64,000 bases of DNA from Verrucomicrobiota bacterium (GCA_038214755.1 JBBQRQ010000012.1:10242-74241), one strand, 5' to 3'. Positions 1-9,869 are shown, numbered from the stretch's first letter. A program made the numbers and translations. Notes: a model not told the origin generated them from the sequence alone.

Positions 1-117
1 AATGGATTGCGCTATTAACGACGACAAATTTCCCGAGGCCTGCGCGCGAAAACTATTGGGGTTTCTGCGGCCACATTGAATATTGCGACGAGGGACCCGG
101 AGCAGTAGCGTCCCTTC

Positions 118-342
118 GTGAACCCAATCGATTCGCAGAAAACCGTCATGGGCTACGAGCCGGACCCGTATTTAACGGCGGATGCCATTGATCCGGTTTT
201 GGAAGTCTTCAAGCGCGATTTGGATTTTTCACTTACCGAAAAAAATCTTCGGCTGACGACGGATGAGCGCGCTCAACAACTAGTCAACGCCACTCGTTTT
301 ATCCGCAAATTCCGTCCACTGGTCACACCGGAAAATCCTTGA
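118..342 (+). CDS. small hypothetical protein (74 aa, GTG start; ATG alternative at 148), 4 nt upstream of nucleotidyltransferase-like gene
   Basis: ORF track; tight coupling to next ORF; no recognisable domain. Confidence 0.3.
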   Translation: MNPIDSQKTVMGYEPDPYLTADAIDPVLEVFKRDLDFSLTEKNLRLTTDERAQQLVNATRFIRKFRPLVTPENP

Positions 343-345
343 TCG

Positions 346-825
346 ATGATCACGGATTTTGAAAAAGCGCTGAGGATCCTGACTGAAAATAAAATTGAAT
401 TCATCGTGGTGGGCGGTGTCGCCGGCACTTTGCATGGCTCCTCTTTTATCACGCAGGATTTGGACGTGGTTTATTCCCGTAGCCGAGAAAATATTCAACG
501 TCTCGCTGCAACACTCCAACTCTATCAACCGTATTTGCGGAATGTTGCAGAAGGGCTGCCCTTCCGTTGGGACGAGAAAACCATCCGCAACGGATTGAAT
601 TTTACGTTGACGACCTCTTTTGGGGATTTGGATTTGTTGGGAGAAGTGGCGGGGGGCGGAACCTTCATCAACCTTTTGCCATTCAGTCAGGAAGTCAGCG
701 GATTCGGTTTGAGATTCAAGATTGTCAATCTGGAGAAACTGATTGTGTTGAAACGCGCGGCAGGACGGCCAAAAGATTTGGCCGTCATCGCAGAGCTTCA
801 ACGAATCTTAGGGCGGGGAGAATAG
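346..825 (+). CDS. minimal nucleotidyltransferase-fold protein (GG.A...HG..R.T.DLD motif; C-terminal RPKDL..I..L motif)
   Basis: motifs IEFIVVGGVAGTLHGSSFITQDLDVV and KRAAGRPKDLAVIAEL read in translation. Confidence 0.5.
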   Translation: MITDFEKALRILTENKIEFIVVGGVAGTLHGSSFITQDLDVVYSRSRENIQRLAATLQLYQPYLRNVAEGLPFRWDEKTIRNGLNFTLTTSFGDLDLLGEVAGGGTFINLLPFSQEVSGFGLRFKIVNLEKLIVLKRAAGRPKDLAVIAELQRILGRGE

Positions 826-867
826 AATCACTCAGCTGAGAATTTCCTTCCCAATTTTCTACGGCCG

Positions 868-1800
868 TTATTTTGAGACCAGGTCCCTCACCGCGTCCGC
901 GAAATTGGGAAAACGAAATTCAAATCCCAATTCCAACAGCCGACGCGAAACCACCCGGCGGCTTTTGAGGATCAATTCAGTTTCTGTTCGCATCAAAAAC
1001 GCGCCGAGCTCCAGCATCCACTCCGTCGCGGGCAAACCGAATGGCGCACCGCAAACTTTACGAAAAATTTTCATCATCTCGCGATTGGGAATCGGATTGG
1101 GCGCGGTGATGTTGATGTGGCCGCTCAGATTCTCGTGCGCGACAATCCATTCAACGGCTCGACAAAAATCCTGTTGGTGAATCCACGAAACAAACTGGCG
1201 GCCGCTCCCCATTTTTCCGCCGAGACCCAACCGACTCAGTCGCGTCAGCACCGGCACGACGCTATTTTTCGCGTTGCCGAGAACCATCGTGGTGCGCAGG
1301 GCAACTTTTCTGGTGCGCGGAGTGCGAGCTTCATTGAGCGCGCGTTCCCATTGCTCGATGACCTCAATGGAAAATTCATCTTTGGCCTCAGGTGTCGCGC
1401 CCGTTGGACTCGACTCATCCATCGGCGTATCGAACGAATGTTTGTAAATCGTCGCCGAACTTGAATTGAGCCAGACGCGCGGCGGCTCCTTGCATTTCGC
1501 AATTGCTTCCCCGACCACGCGAGTTGAGTTCACTCGCGAATCAATAATCTCTTTTCGATTGCGCTTTGTGTAACGGCAATTCACAGATTTGCCTGTCAGG
1601 TTGACGATGACTTCCGCGCCTTCCAATTCACGCGCCCATGCGCCGAGCGTTTTGGTGCCCCAACCCACTTCACGAATGTTGCCGACCATTTGTCTGGGCG
1701 AGCGAGTGAGAATGACGACTTCGTATCCGAGTGTTTGAAAATGAGCCGCGAGTGCGCGTCCGAGAAAACCTGAACCACCAGCGAGAACAATTCGTTTCAT
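868..1800 (-). CDS. TIGR01777/YfcH-like NAD-dependent epimerase/dehydratase family protein (DUF1731 C-term)
   Basis: N-terminal GGSGFLG Rossmann motif, 310 aa, family-typical length. Confidence 0.75.
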   Translation of the reverse strand: MKRIVLAGGSGFLGRALAAHFQTLGYEVVILTRSPRQMVGNIREVGWGTKTLGAWARELEGAEVIVNLTGKSVNCRYTKRNRKEIIDSRVNSTRVVGEAIAKCKEPPRVWLNSSSATIYKHSFDTPMDESSPTGATPEAKDEFSIEVIEQWERALNEARTPRTRKVALRTTMVLGNAKNSVVPVLTRLSRLGLGGKMGSGRQFVSWIHQQDFCRAVEWIVAHENLSGHINITAPNPIPNREMMKIFRKVCGAPFGLPATEWMLELGAFLMRTETELILKSRRVVSRRLLELGFEFRFPNFADAVRDLVSK

Positions 1801-1826
1801 AGGTACTCTCGCTCGTTAACGCAGAG

Positions 1827-2717
1827 TCAATTTTTTTTGAAAGCAGCCAACGCACTTTTTTGCACCGGAATTTTTTTAAATTTTTTCGTCAGTTCGGTCA
1901 GCGAATTTTCCACGGCCAACCTTTCCAGACTTGATGCGCCGACGAAGCCGACGCAATCCGTGTGTTCGTTGATGTAAGCCGCATCTTCCGGCGTGGAGAT
2001 CGGTCCGCCATGCGAAAGGAAGATGATGTCTTTGCGAATTTTTTTTGCGCCATCGATGATGGATTGCGTTCGTTGCACCGCTTCATCCATCGAGACCACC
2101 GCGCCTTTGACACCGATGGAACCGCCGACCGTTGTGCCGACGTGCGCGATGACGGCGTCGGCGCCTGCTTGCGCCATGGACTTCGCTTCATTCGCCGTCG
2201 CGACATAGACGATGCTGAACAAATCCATTTTGCGAGCGAGCGCGACCATCTCGAATTCTTTCTGCACACTCATTCCCGTTTCTTCGAGCACTCGCCGAAA
2301 ATGGCCATCGACGATGCAGTGCGTTGGGAAATTATTCACGCCGCTGAAACCCATTTCCTTCACCTGCAAAAGCCAGTGCCACATGCGACGGCGCGGATCG
2401 GTAGCGTGGACACCGCAAATCACGGGAATTTCTTCGACGATGGGCAAAACTTCGTGTTCGCCGATTTCCATCGCGATGGCGTTGGCATCGCCGTACGACA
2501 TCAAGCCCGCGGTCGAGCCGTGTCCCGCCATGCGAAAGCGGCCAGAGTTGTAAATGATGATTAAATCCGCCCCGCCTTTTTCGATGAACTTCGCGCTGAT
2601 GCCGGTGCCCGCGCCCGCGGCGATGATCGGCTGGCCTTTTTTCAACGTGGCGCGAAGGCGATCAACCACTTCTTTACGCGTGTAGGGATTTCCTTTTCCG
2701 GTCCAGGGATTGGGCAT
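1827..2717 (-). CDS. phosphoenolpyruvate hydrolase-like TIM-barrel protein (COG5564 / Tm-1-like C-terminal domain family)
   Basis: 296 aa, Gly-rich IIAAGAGTGISAKF and overall resemblance to PEP_hydrolase family. Confidence 0.6.
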   Translation of the reverse strand: MPNPWTGKGNPYTRKEVVDRLRATLKKGQPIIAAGAGTGISAKFIEKGGADLIIIYNSGRFRMAGHGSTAGLMSYGDANAIAMEIGEHEVLPIVEEIPVICGVHATDPRRRMWHWLLQVKEMGFSGVNNFPTHCIVDGHFRRVLEETGMSVQKEFEMVALARKMDLFSIVYVATANEAKSMAQAGADAVIAHVGTTVGGSIGVKGAVVSMDEAVQRTQSIIDGAKKIRKDIIFLSHGGPISTPEDAAYINEHTDCVGFVGASSLERLAVENSLTELTKKFKKIPVQKSALAAFKKN

Positions 2718-2723
2718 AATTAA

Positions 2724-2751
2724 TTTACGATTTACGATTTACGATTTGCGA
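2724..2751. repeat. tandem heptamer (tttacga)x3 + tttgcga
   Basis: seen directly. Confidence 0.9.
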
Positions 2752-2842
2752 GCGACTAACGGTTTGAAATCTGAAAGCTGTCTCGGCAAATTGCAACTCG
2801 CTATTGCTTTGCCAAAGTTGTTTTTCTAGCCTCACCGTGCGA

Positions 2843-3709
2843 ATGAAGATTTTTATCGATGGGAAATTTTACGAGGAAAAGAACGCCAAAATATCGGTGT
2901 TCGATCACGGGCTGCTTTATGGCGACGGAATTTTTGAAGGCATTCGCGCTTACAACGGTCGCGTCTTCAGACTGAAAGAGCACATCGAGCGGTTGTTTTA
3001 TTCCGCGAAGGCGATTTTGCTGAACATTCCAGCCTCGGCGGAAGAAGTGACCAAAGCGGTCGTTGAAACCTGTCGCCGAAATAATATTCGCGACGGCTAC
3101 ATCCGTCTGGTCGTCACTCGCGGCGCGGGTGGGTTGGGTTTGAACCCGAACAAGTGCAAGACCCCATCGATCATCATCATCGCGGATAAAATCCAGGTTT
3201 ATCCGGCGGCGATGTATCAACGCGGGATGGATATTGTGACGGTGGCGACGACTCGGAATTTGCACAGCGCGTTGAACCCGGCGATCAAGTCGCTGAATTA
3301 TCTCAACAACATTCTCGCGAAAATCGAGGCGAACAACGCCGGCGTGCAAGAAGCGATCATGCTCAACTCCGAAGGCTTCGTGGCCGAATGCACCGCCGAC
3401 AATATTTTCATCGTGAAAGGAAATCAGTTGCTCACGCCGCCGCTTTCCTGCGGCGCGCTTTACGGAATCACTCGCGCGGTGGTGATGGATTTAGGGAAGG
3501 AGAAAGGGCTGACGATGGGCGAGCCGAGTTTGACGCGTTACGATCTATTCAATGCCGACGAATGTTTTCTGACCGGGACTGGCGCGGAATTAATTCCCGT
3601 TGTGAAAATTGATGGTAGAATAATCGGCACGGGAAAACCGGGCTCGATTACTCAGGATTTGGTAAATCGTTACCACGCCTTGACGAAAGTTTCTGGGGAA
3701 CCGATTTGA
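2843..3709 (+). CDS. ilvE: class IV aminotransferase (branched-chain amino acid aminotransferase-like)
   Basis: MKIFIDGKF...FEGIRAY motif typical of fold-type IV BCAT/DAAT; ATG at 2843 preferred over upstream ORF start at 2804. Confidence 0.8.
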   Translation: MKIFIDGKFYEEKNAKISVFDHGLLYGDGIFEGIRAYNGRVFRLKEHIERLFYSAKAILLNIPASAEEVTKAVVETCRRNNIRDGYIRLVVTRGAGGLGLNPNKCKTPSIIIIADKIQVYPAAMYQRGMDIVTVATTRNLHSALNPAIKSLNYLNNILAKIEANNAGVQEAIMLNSEGFVAECTADNIFIVKGNQLLTPPLSCGALYGITRAVVMDLGKEKGLTMGEPSLTRYDLFNADECFLTGTGAELIPVVKIDGRIIGTGKPGSITQDLVNRYHALTKVSGEPI

Positions 3710-3771
3710 AAAATTAAATGAATAAAGGATGAGTGGATTGTTGGATTGTTGGATTTAAATGAGGAAAAATT

Positions 3772-3978
3772 ATGACACGACAAACCATTGAAGAAGCGCT
3801 CAAGCGTAAGCCGTTTCGGCCATTTTCGATTCGGCTGACGGACGGACAACTCGTCCAAGTCAATGAAGAACATCGGGCCGCAGTTCATCCAGACGTAGAA
3901 ACAATGGTCATCTTTCAAGCTGGCGGTGGATATCGGATTCTCGATATTCCGCTCATTACCGAACTACTAGCCGCGTAA
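3772..3978 (+). CDS. small hypothetical protein (68 aa) immediately upstream of mcsA
   Basis: ORF with GAGG RBS; no domain recognised. Confidence 0.4.
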   Translation: MTRQTIEEALKRKPFRPFSIRLTDGQLVQVNEEHRAAVHPDVETMVIFQAGGGYRILDIPLITELLAA

Positions 3979-4033
3979 AATGACGAAAGTAGAATTTTCA
4001 AATTATTCGTAATTCGTAATTCGGAATTAAAAT

Positions 4034-4543
4034 ATGCTCTGCATCATCTGCAAACAAAACCAGGCCAAAGTCCATCTGACGCAAATTGTCGGCGACAAAA
4101 TGCAGAAGGTGGACCTGTGCGAAGAGTGCGCCAAAAATAAAGGCGTCAATGATCCGGCAGGATTTTCGCTGGCGGATTTATTGCTCGGCCTCGGTGCGTC
4201 GCAGGAAATTGACAAGGGCAGCGATGGCGTCCAAATCAAATGCCCCAGTTGCGGATTTACCCAATCGGATTTCAAAAAAGCCGGGCGACTCGGTTGCTCG
4301 GAATGTTACAAAACGTTCGCCGAAGGTTTGGAAAGTCTGCTCAAGACGATGCACAAAGGTGTCCGCCACCTCGGCAAAGTTCCGCAAGCTTTGCGACAAA
4401 GCCAGGACACGGCCAATCAACTCAAGCAATTGCAAAAGCAACTCGACAAAGCGGTGACCGATGAAAACTTTGAACAGGCGGCGGGGCTGCGCGACGAAAT
4501 AAAAACCGCGCGCGAAAAATTTAAACCATCTACTTCGACTTGA
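4034..4543 (+). CDS. mcsA: McsA-like activator of protein arginine kinase (two CxxC...CxxC zinc fingers + C-terminal UVR motif)
   Basis: CIICKQNQ...CEEC, CPSCG...CSEC, UVR-like FEQAAGLRDEI; overlaps mcsB start (ATGA). Confidence 0.75.
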   Translation: MLCIICKQNQAKVHLTQIVGDKMQKVDLCEECAKNKGVNDPAGFSLADLLLGLGASQEIDKGSDGVQIKCPSCGFTQSDFKKAGRLGCSECYKTFAEGLESLLKTMHKGVRHLGKVPQALRQSQDTANQLKQLQKQLDKAVTDENFEQAAGLRDEIKTAREKFKPSTST

Positions 4544-5658
4544 CCATGGACCTCCAGGAATTTCTCCCGCCTCCCGCAGAAACGACCCGTCGCACCGGGC
4601 CGCACGACCGCATCGTCATGTCCAGCCGCGTGCGTCTGGCGCGCAACCTCAAAGGCTCGCCATTTCCCGGCTGGGCAAAAAAAGCCGAGCGCATCAAGTC
4701 ACTCGAATCCATTCGCCCCGCCGTCGAAAGTCTGCCGCAAATGACCAACGCCTTTTCGCAGTCGATGGACAATTTGACGAACATCGACAAACAAATTTTG
4801 GTGGAGCGCCATTTGATCAGCCGCGAGCACGCGGCGAAAAGCGCGGGCAGCGGTTTGGTTTTGAACAAGGAAGAATCGCTCTGCGTGATGATCAATGAAG
4901 AAGATCATTTGCGAATGCAGGCGCTGCGCCCTGGTCTGCAATTGAAACAAGCGTGGCTGACGATTGATCAAGTCGATTCCGATCTGGAGAAAAAATTGGA
5001 TTACGCTTTCAACCCGGAAATGGGTTATCTGACCGCTTGCCCGACGAATCTTGGGACAGGAATTCGCGTCAGCGCGATGCTGCATTTGCCCGGACTGGTT
5101 CTGGCCGAGCAGATCAATCAGATCATTCAGTCGGTCAACAAACTCGGTTTGGCCGTGCGCGGATTGTATGGCGAGGGCACCGAAGCGCTGGGAAATGTTT
5201 TCCAGGTTTCCAACCAGATGACGCTGGGCGAAACGGAGACGGACATCGTTGAGCGATTGAACAAAGTGCTTTTGCAAATAATCGAGCATGAGGAAAACGC
5301 GCGTGTCTTGTTGTTGGAGAAAAAGCCGAAAATGGTTTTCAACCACATTGGCCGCTCCTACGGAATTCTCGCCAACGCGCACAGCATTTCGTCCAAGGAA
5401 GCGATGAACCTGCTTTCGTTGATGCGATTGGGAGTTGATCTGGGAAATTTTCCGAAGGTGGAACGCGGGTTGATTGACGAATTATTTATCGTGACGCAGC
5501 CGGCGCATTTGCAAAAACAGTTTTCGGAAAAGCTCGCGGCCGAGGAACGCGACGTGCTGCGCGCAGACATGATGCGGGATCGGCTGAAAAGCGTGGAGCG
5601 GCCAACTCAAAAAATAAATGGTGGCACCGGCTCGCTGGACAAAACCAGTCAGCAATAG
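4540..5658 (+). CDS. mcsB: protein arginine kinase McsB (ATP:guanido phosphotransferase family)
   Basis: phosphagen-kinase catalytic motif CPTNLGTGIRVSAMLHLPGL; 372 aa. Confidence 0.85.
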   Translation: MTMDLQEFLPPPAETTRRTGPHDRIVMSSRVRLARNLKGSPFPGWAKKAERIKSLESIRPAVESLPQMTNAFSQSMDNLTNIDKQILVERHLISREHAAKSAGSGLVLNKEESLCVMINEEDHLRMQALRPGLQLKQAWLTIDQVDSDLEKKLDYAFNPEMGYLTACPTNLGTGIRVSAMLHLPGLVLAEQINQIIQSVNKLGLAVRGLYGEGTEALGNVFQVSNQMTLGETETDIVERLNKVLLQIIEHEENARVLLLEKKPKMVFNHIGRSYGILANAHSISSKEAMNLLSLMRLGVDLGNFPKVERGLIDELFIVTQPAHLQKQFSEKLAAEERDVLRADMMRDRLKSVERPTQKINGGTGSLDKTSQQ

Positions 5659-5681
5659 GAATATCACCGCAGGAATCAAAT

Positions 5682-8189
5682 ATGAGCGATGAAGCAATGA
5701 ACAATTTTACGCCGCGCGCGCAACAGGTGCTGGCGCTGGCGCGCAAGGAAGCGGACCGGTTCAACCATAATTTTGTCGGGACAGAACATCTCCTGCTCGG
5801 GCTGATCAAGCTCAACCAGGGCGTGGCGGTGAATGTTTTGCAAAAGCTCGGCCTCGATTTGGACACCGTGCGAATGGAAGTGGAAAAACAAGTCGGCACC
5901 GGCCCTGACCAGAAGATGATTGGCAATATTCCCTACACGCCTCGCGTCAAAAAAGTTCTCGCGCTCGCCGCCAAGGAGGCCAAACATCTCAACCATACTT
6001 ACGTGGGTACGGAACATATTTTGCTGGGACTTTTGCGCGAAGGCGATGGTGTCGCGGCCAAAGTTTTGAAAAATCTGGACGTCGATATTGAACAGGCGCG
6101 TGGAGAAATTTTGAAAGAGCTGGATCCAAATTTAACCGGAGGAGAAGAGCAGCCCACGAACGAAGCGGCGGGCGGTTCCGAAAAAGCGCCGGAGAAAAAA
6201 GGCGAAGTCAAAACTCCCGCGCTCAAAGCTTTCGGTCGCGACCTCACCGAAATTGCCCGCAAAGGTGACATGGACCCGGTCATCGGTCGTCAAAGTGAAA
6301 TCGAGCGCGTCATCCAGATTCTTTGCCGCCGAACAAAAAATAATCCGGTGCTCCTCGGTGAAGCGGGCGTGGGCAAGACGGCGATTGTCGAAGGACTCGC
6401 CCAGGAAATTTCGCGTGGAAATGTCCCCGAAATTCTGCGCGACAAACGCGTCATCACTCTCGACCTCGCGTTGATGGTGGCGGGAACAAAGTATCGCGGC
6501 CAATTTGAAGAGCGCATCAAAGCGGTGATGGATGAAATTCGCCGCGCCAAAAATATTATTTTGTTTATCGATGAGTTGCACACGATTGTCGGTGCCGGTT
6601 CCGCCGAGGGAACGATGGACGCGTCGAACATCATCAAGCCGGCGTTGAGTCGCGGCGAGATGCAGTGCATTGGCGCAACGACGCTCACGGAATATCGCAA
6701 ATACATCGAAAAAGATGCGGCGCTCGAACGCCGTTTCCAGACCGTGAAAGTCGAAGCGCCCTCGGTGGAGGAAGCGATTTTAATTTTGAAAGGCCTCCGC
6801 ATCAAATACGAGGAACATCATAAAGCCGAGATCACCGACAGCGCAGTCGAAGCCGCTGTGAAGTTTTCCGATCGTTACATCACAGACCGATATTTGCCGG
6901 ACAAAGCCATTGATTTGATGGACGAAGCGGGTTCGCGCTCGCGCATCGGCGCGATGACTCGTCCGCCGGAAGTCAAAGAAATCGAAGTCTCAATTGATGA
7001 GATAAAAACGCAGAAAGAAAAGGCGATCAAGAACCAGGATTTTGAAGGCGCGGCTTCCATGCGCGACAAGGAAAAGCGCGCCAAGGAAAAACTTGAATCG
7101 GTCATCAGCGCGTGGAAAAGCAGCCGGGAAGAAAAACGCGTCGTCGTCGATGAAGAAGATATTTTGCAAGTCGTCGCGAAATGGACGGGCATTCCGCTGA
7201 AGCGAATGGAGCAAGGCGAAGCCGAGCGATTGCTTGCCTTGGAAGGCGAGATGGATAAAACCGTCGTCGGACAAAAGGAAGCCGTCGCCGCCATGTGCAA
7301 AGCGCTTCGGCGTTCCCGCGCGGATTTGAAAGATCCGAGACGGCCCATTGGCACATTCGCTTTGCTCGGGCCAACGGGCGTTGGCAAAACTTTGCTCGCA
7401 AAATCTTTGGCCGAGACTTTGTTTGGCGATTCCAAATCGCTCATCCAACTCGACATGAGCGACTATATGGAGCGCCACAACGCGTCGCGCATGGTCGGTT
7501 CGCCGCCCGGCTACATCGGTTTTGAAGAGGGCGGCCAACTCACCGAACAAGTGCGTCGCAAACCGTATTCGGTCGTGCTCTTTGACGAAATTGAAAAGGC
7601 GCATCCCGACGTGATGAACATGCTTTTGCAAATTCTCGAAGAAGGAAGATTGACCGACAACATGGGTCGCGTCATCAATTTCCGAAACACGATTATTTTG
7701 CTCACGTCGAACGTCGGCGCGGAGACGATCAAGAAACAATCGAGCATGGGTTTCTCGCCCATCACCGACGAGAACAGTTACGAGAAGATGCGCGAAAAAA
7801 TAATGGACGAAGCCAAGCGCGTTTTTCGTCCTGAATTCTTAAATCGTCTGGATGACATCATCGTCTTCCGCTCGCTTACCAAACCTGATCTTATGGAAAT
7901 CCTCGATCTGGAAATTGGGAAAGTCTTTACGCGACTCAAGGGGAAAAACATTGCGATTAGTTTGGACACCAAAGCAAAAGATTTCCTCGTCGAAAAAGGA
8001 TACGATCCCACTTACGGCGCGCGGCCCATGCGCCGGGCGGTCGAGCGTTACTTGGAAGACCCGCTCGCCGAAGAAATGCTTAAAGGCAACGTGCAAAACA
8101 ACGAGCCGATTGCGGTGACCGTTGACGAAGGCAAACTTGTTTTCAAACAAAAAGCGCCGGCTGTCGAACCGGTTATCAGTCCGAGTTAA
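5682..8189 (+). CDS. clpC: ATP-dependent Clp protease ATP-binding subunit ClpC (double Clp_N, two AAA+ modules, UVR linker)
   Basis: 835 aa; Walker A GEAGVGKT and GPTGVGKT; Clp_N repeats. Confidence 0.9.
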   Translation: MSDEAMNNFTPRAQQVLALARKEADRFNHNFVGTEHLLLGLIKLNQGVAVNVLQKLGLDLDTVRMEVEKQVGTGPDQKMIGNIPYTPRVKKVLALAAKEAKHLNHTYVGTEHILLGLLREGDGVAAKVLKNLDVDIEQARGEILKELDPNLTGGEEQPTNEAAGGSEKAPEKKGEVKTPALKAFGRDLTEIARKGDMDPVIGRQSEIERVIQILCRRTKNNPVLLGEAGVGKTAIVEGLAQEISRGNVPEILRDKRVITLDLALMVAGTKYRGQFEERIKAVMDEIRRAKNIILFIDELHTIVGAGSAEGTMDASNIIKPALSRGEMQCIGATTLTEYRKYIEKDAALERRFQTVKVEAPSVEEAILILKGLRIKYEEHHKAEITDSAVEAAVKFSDRYITDRYLPDKAIDLMDEAGSRSRIGAMTRPPEVKEIEVSIDEIKTQKEKAIKNQDFEGAASMRDKEKRAKEKLESVISAWKSSREEKRVVVDEEDILQVVAKWTGIPLKRMEQGEAERLLALEGEMDKTVVGQKEAVAAMCKALRRSRADLKDPRRPIGTFALLGPTGVGKTLLAKSLAETLFGDSKSLIQLDMSDYMERHNASRMVGSPPGYIGFEEGGQLTEQVRRKPYSVVLFDEIEKAHPDVMNMLLQILEEGRLTDNMGRVINFRNTIILLTSNVGAETIKKQSSMGFSPITDENSYEKMREKIMDEAKRVFRPEFLNRLDDIIVFRSLTKPDLMEILDLEIGKVFTRLKGKNIAISLDTKAKDFLVEKGYDPTYGARPMRRAVERYLEDPLAEEMLKGNVQNNEPIAVTVDEGKLVFKQKAPAVEPVISPS

Positions 8190-8420
8190 ACCCGAACTCC
8201 GAAGTTGGAATGGGTAGCACGTGCGACCCCGTGCCGTCCGGCCACGGGCCGGACGGAATGGAGAGAACGCTGGCATTGGAAAAATAGGTACAGAATAGTT
8301 TGTGCGCTTCCCCCGTTCCGAGCGGCGAGTCGCCGCTCGGCGCAGGCGGGTCCCCTGTGCTACCCGGCGGCTTCGCCGCCGCTATTTCGGAATTAGGGTT
8401 AACAGCGTTAAAAATAAAAT

Positions 8421-8452
8421 GAACGGCGCTCTCGTAGCGTCGTTTTTTTATC
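8421..8452 (+). terminator. hairpin aacggcgctctcgtagcgtcgtt followed by T7 run
   Basis: stem-loop + tttttttat seen in sequence, ~230 nt downstream of clpC. Confidence 0.5.
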
Positions 8453-8692
8453 AGGACCCCTCTCTCGTTTTTTCCAGGGACTCCAGTGCGTGCAAAATTT
8501 CTTAGGTGTTCCTCGGTCTTCACCTTTCGCCAGATTTTTTGATCCGACCGGCGCTGACCAGGAAGAAGTGTTGTCCTTTGTTAAGCGAGACCTTGGGACT
8601 CAAAATGAATCAGCTAACGAGAAGATTTTTTCTACAGAACCGGTGGCGTTGTCACTGCGCCGCCGGTCGTGGTGTTTGCATTTGCTCCTCGG

Positions 8693-9379
8693 TCAATGTC
8701 CTTTCGGCTGAACCGTCACGTTGAACGTGTTGTGATATTCAATCGTGAAATTAAACACCGGCAGCGTCAGCTTTACGTCGAGCTTGATGACATGCCTTCC
8801 CGGAGACAACGGTGTGTGCAGGATGCCGATGCCTTGGGAATAAATGATCGCATTGACCGGAGGCGAATTGAAGGGAATCGGCGGATCGAAAGAGAACTGG
8901 GTGTAATGGTCCATCGCGTCGTTCCCATCCAAGATGATTTTCCCATCGAGGGTCAGCTTGAGCTTGAGGTTCTTCTTGAACACCTTGATATCAACAAACG
9001 GATCGGCCGTGCCATCGGTATAGCTGGTTCCCAGCGAATCAATCAGCGGCAGGAAAAACGGCTGCCCCGCTTTTAAAGTCACGTCGATGCTTCCCGGCGT
9101 GCCGTCGCCGGGCGCGTTCGGCAGCGGCATCAGTGCCACGCCCGCTACTACGGCATGGCCATTCTGGTCCGTGGGAAGGACAACGTTTCCGTTGCCATAA
9201 GCCCATCGCCAATAAAGATCCTCGAAGACGGTCAGCAGCGCTTTGGAGCCGAAGAACTGGTCCGAATCCGAGTCGTGATCGTCGTGCGCACGCGCGGTCA
9301 TGCACGTTCCCATGAACACGATAGCGGCGACGCTGATGGCGAGCGCGGGTTTGATGAGTCTTGTCATTTGTTTTTTCAT
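8693..9379 (-). CDS. secreted hypothetical protein (signal peptide, His/Asp-rich N-terminus)
   Basis: N-terminal MKKQMTRLIKPALAISVAAIVFMGTCMTARA signal-like; no known domain. Confidence 0.55.
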   Translation of the reverse strand: MKKQMTRLIKPALAISVAAIVFMGTCMTARAHDDHDSDSDQFFGSKALLTVFEDLYWRWAYGNGNVVLPTDQNGHAVVAGVALMPLPNAPGDGTPGSIDVTLKAGQPFFLPLIDSLGTSYTDGTADPFVDIKVFKKNLKLKLTLDGKIILDGNDAMDHYTQFSFDPPIPFNSPPVNAIIYSQGIGILHTPLSPGRHVIKLDVKLTLPVFNFTIEYHNTFNVTVQPKGH

Positions 9380-9666
9380 AGTTTGTCTTTTCCTTTCTGT
9401 GGGTTGTTTGTTTGCGGTCTATGGCCGCCCGCCCGGTTCTGGTTTGTTTTGCGGTCTGGCAGCCAAATCGTTTTCGGGTTTCATACTTCTTCAAAAGGAT
9501 TGGCTGGGAAGAGTTACAGGCAATTTGAGGAAAATTTTGTTTGTGCGCGGTGAGTATGGAAGTTTGTTGTGCGCGCCTTTGTTGAGGCAGCAGCACGATG
9601 CGATAGTACCGTTCCGGATCATTTCCAGGATTGTTCACTAAGCCATAACTATTCAGTGAGAAAGTT

Positions 9667-9869
9667 GCTCGCCCTCACCCTGGCCCTCTCCCCCGAGGAG
9701 AGGGGACAGCTATCCGCCTCTCTTGGAAAATTCGTTCGTGACAATCGCCGTCGCTCTCTTTGAATCATTCGAAGAGAAGAACGCACGACAACCCGGCGCA
9801 CTCGCATTGCCAAAGCGCGGCAAATAATTCTCCCTCTCCTCGGGGGAGAGGGCCGGGGTGAGGGCGAGC
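9667..9869. repeat. inverted pair of the ccctctcc...gggtgagggcgagc element flanking a ~125-bp spacer
   Basis: seen directly. Confidence 0.85.

Noticed and set aside
1827-2717. Missing UPF0261 (Tm-1 N-domain-like) partner for the PEP-hydrolase-like TIM-barrel gene
   Set aside because: Neighbours are an epimerase and ilvE. Noted as a minor deviation only; the partner may be encoded elsewhere.
3979-4033. CtsR box or CIRCE operator upstream of mcsA
   Set aside because: No AGGTCAAA-type direct repeat or TTAGCACTC-N9-GAGTGCTAA found by eye.
6990-7739. Long antisense ORFs inside clpC (and similar ones inside the delta-60, kinase, GH42 and P-type ATPase genes)
   Set aside because: Expected in GC-rich DNA opposite real genes; no domain content.
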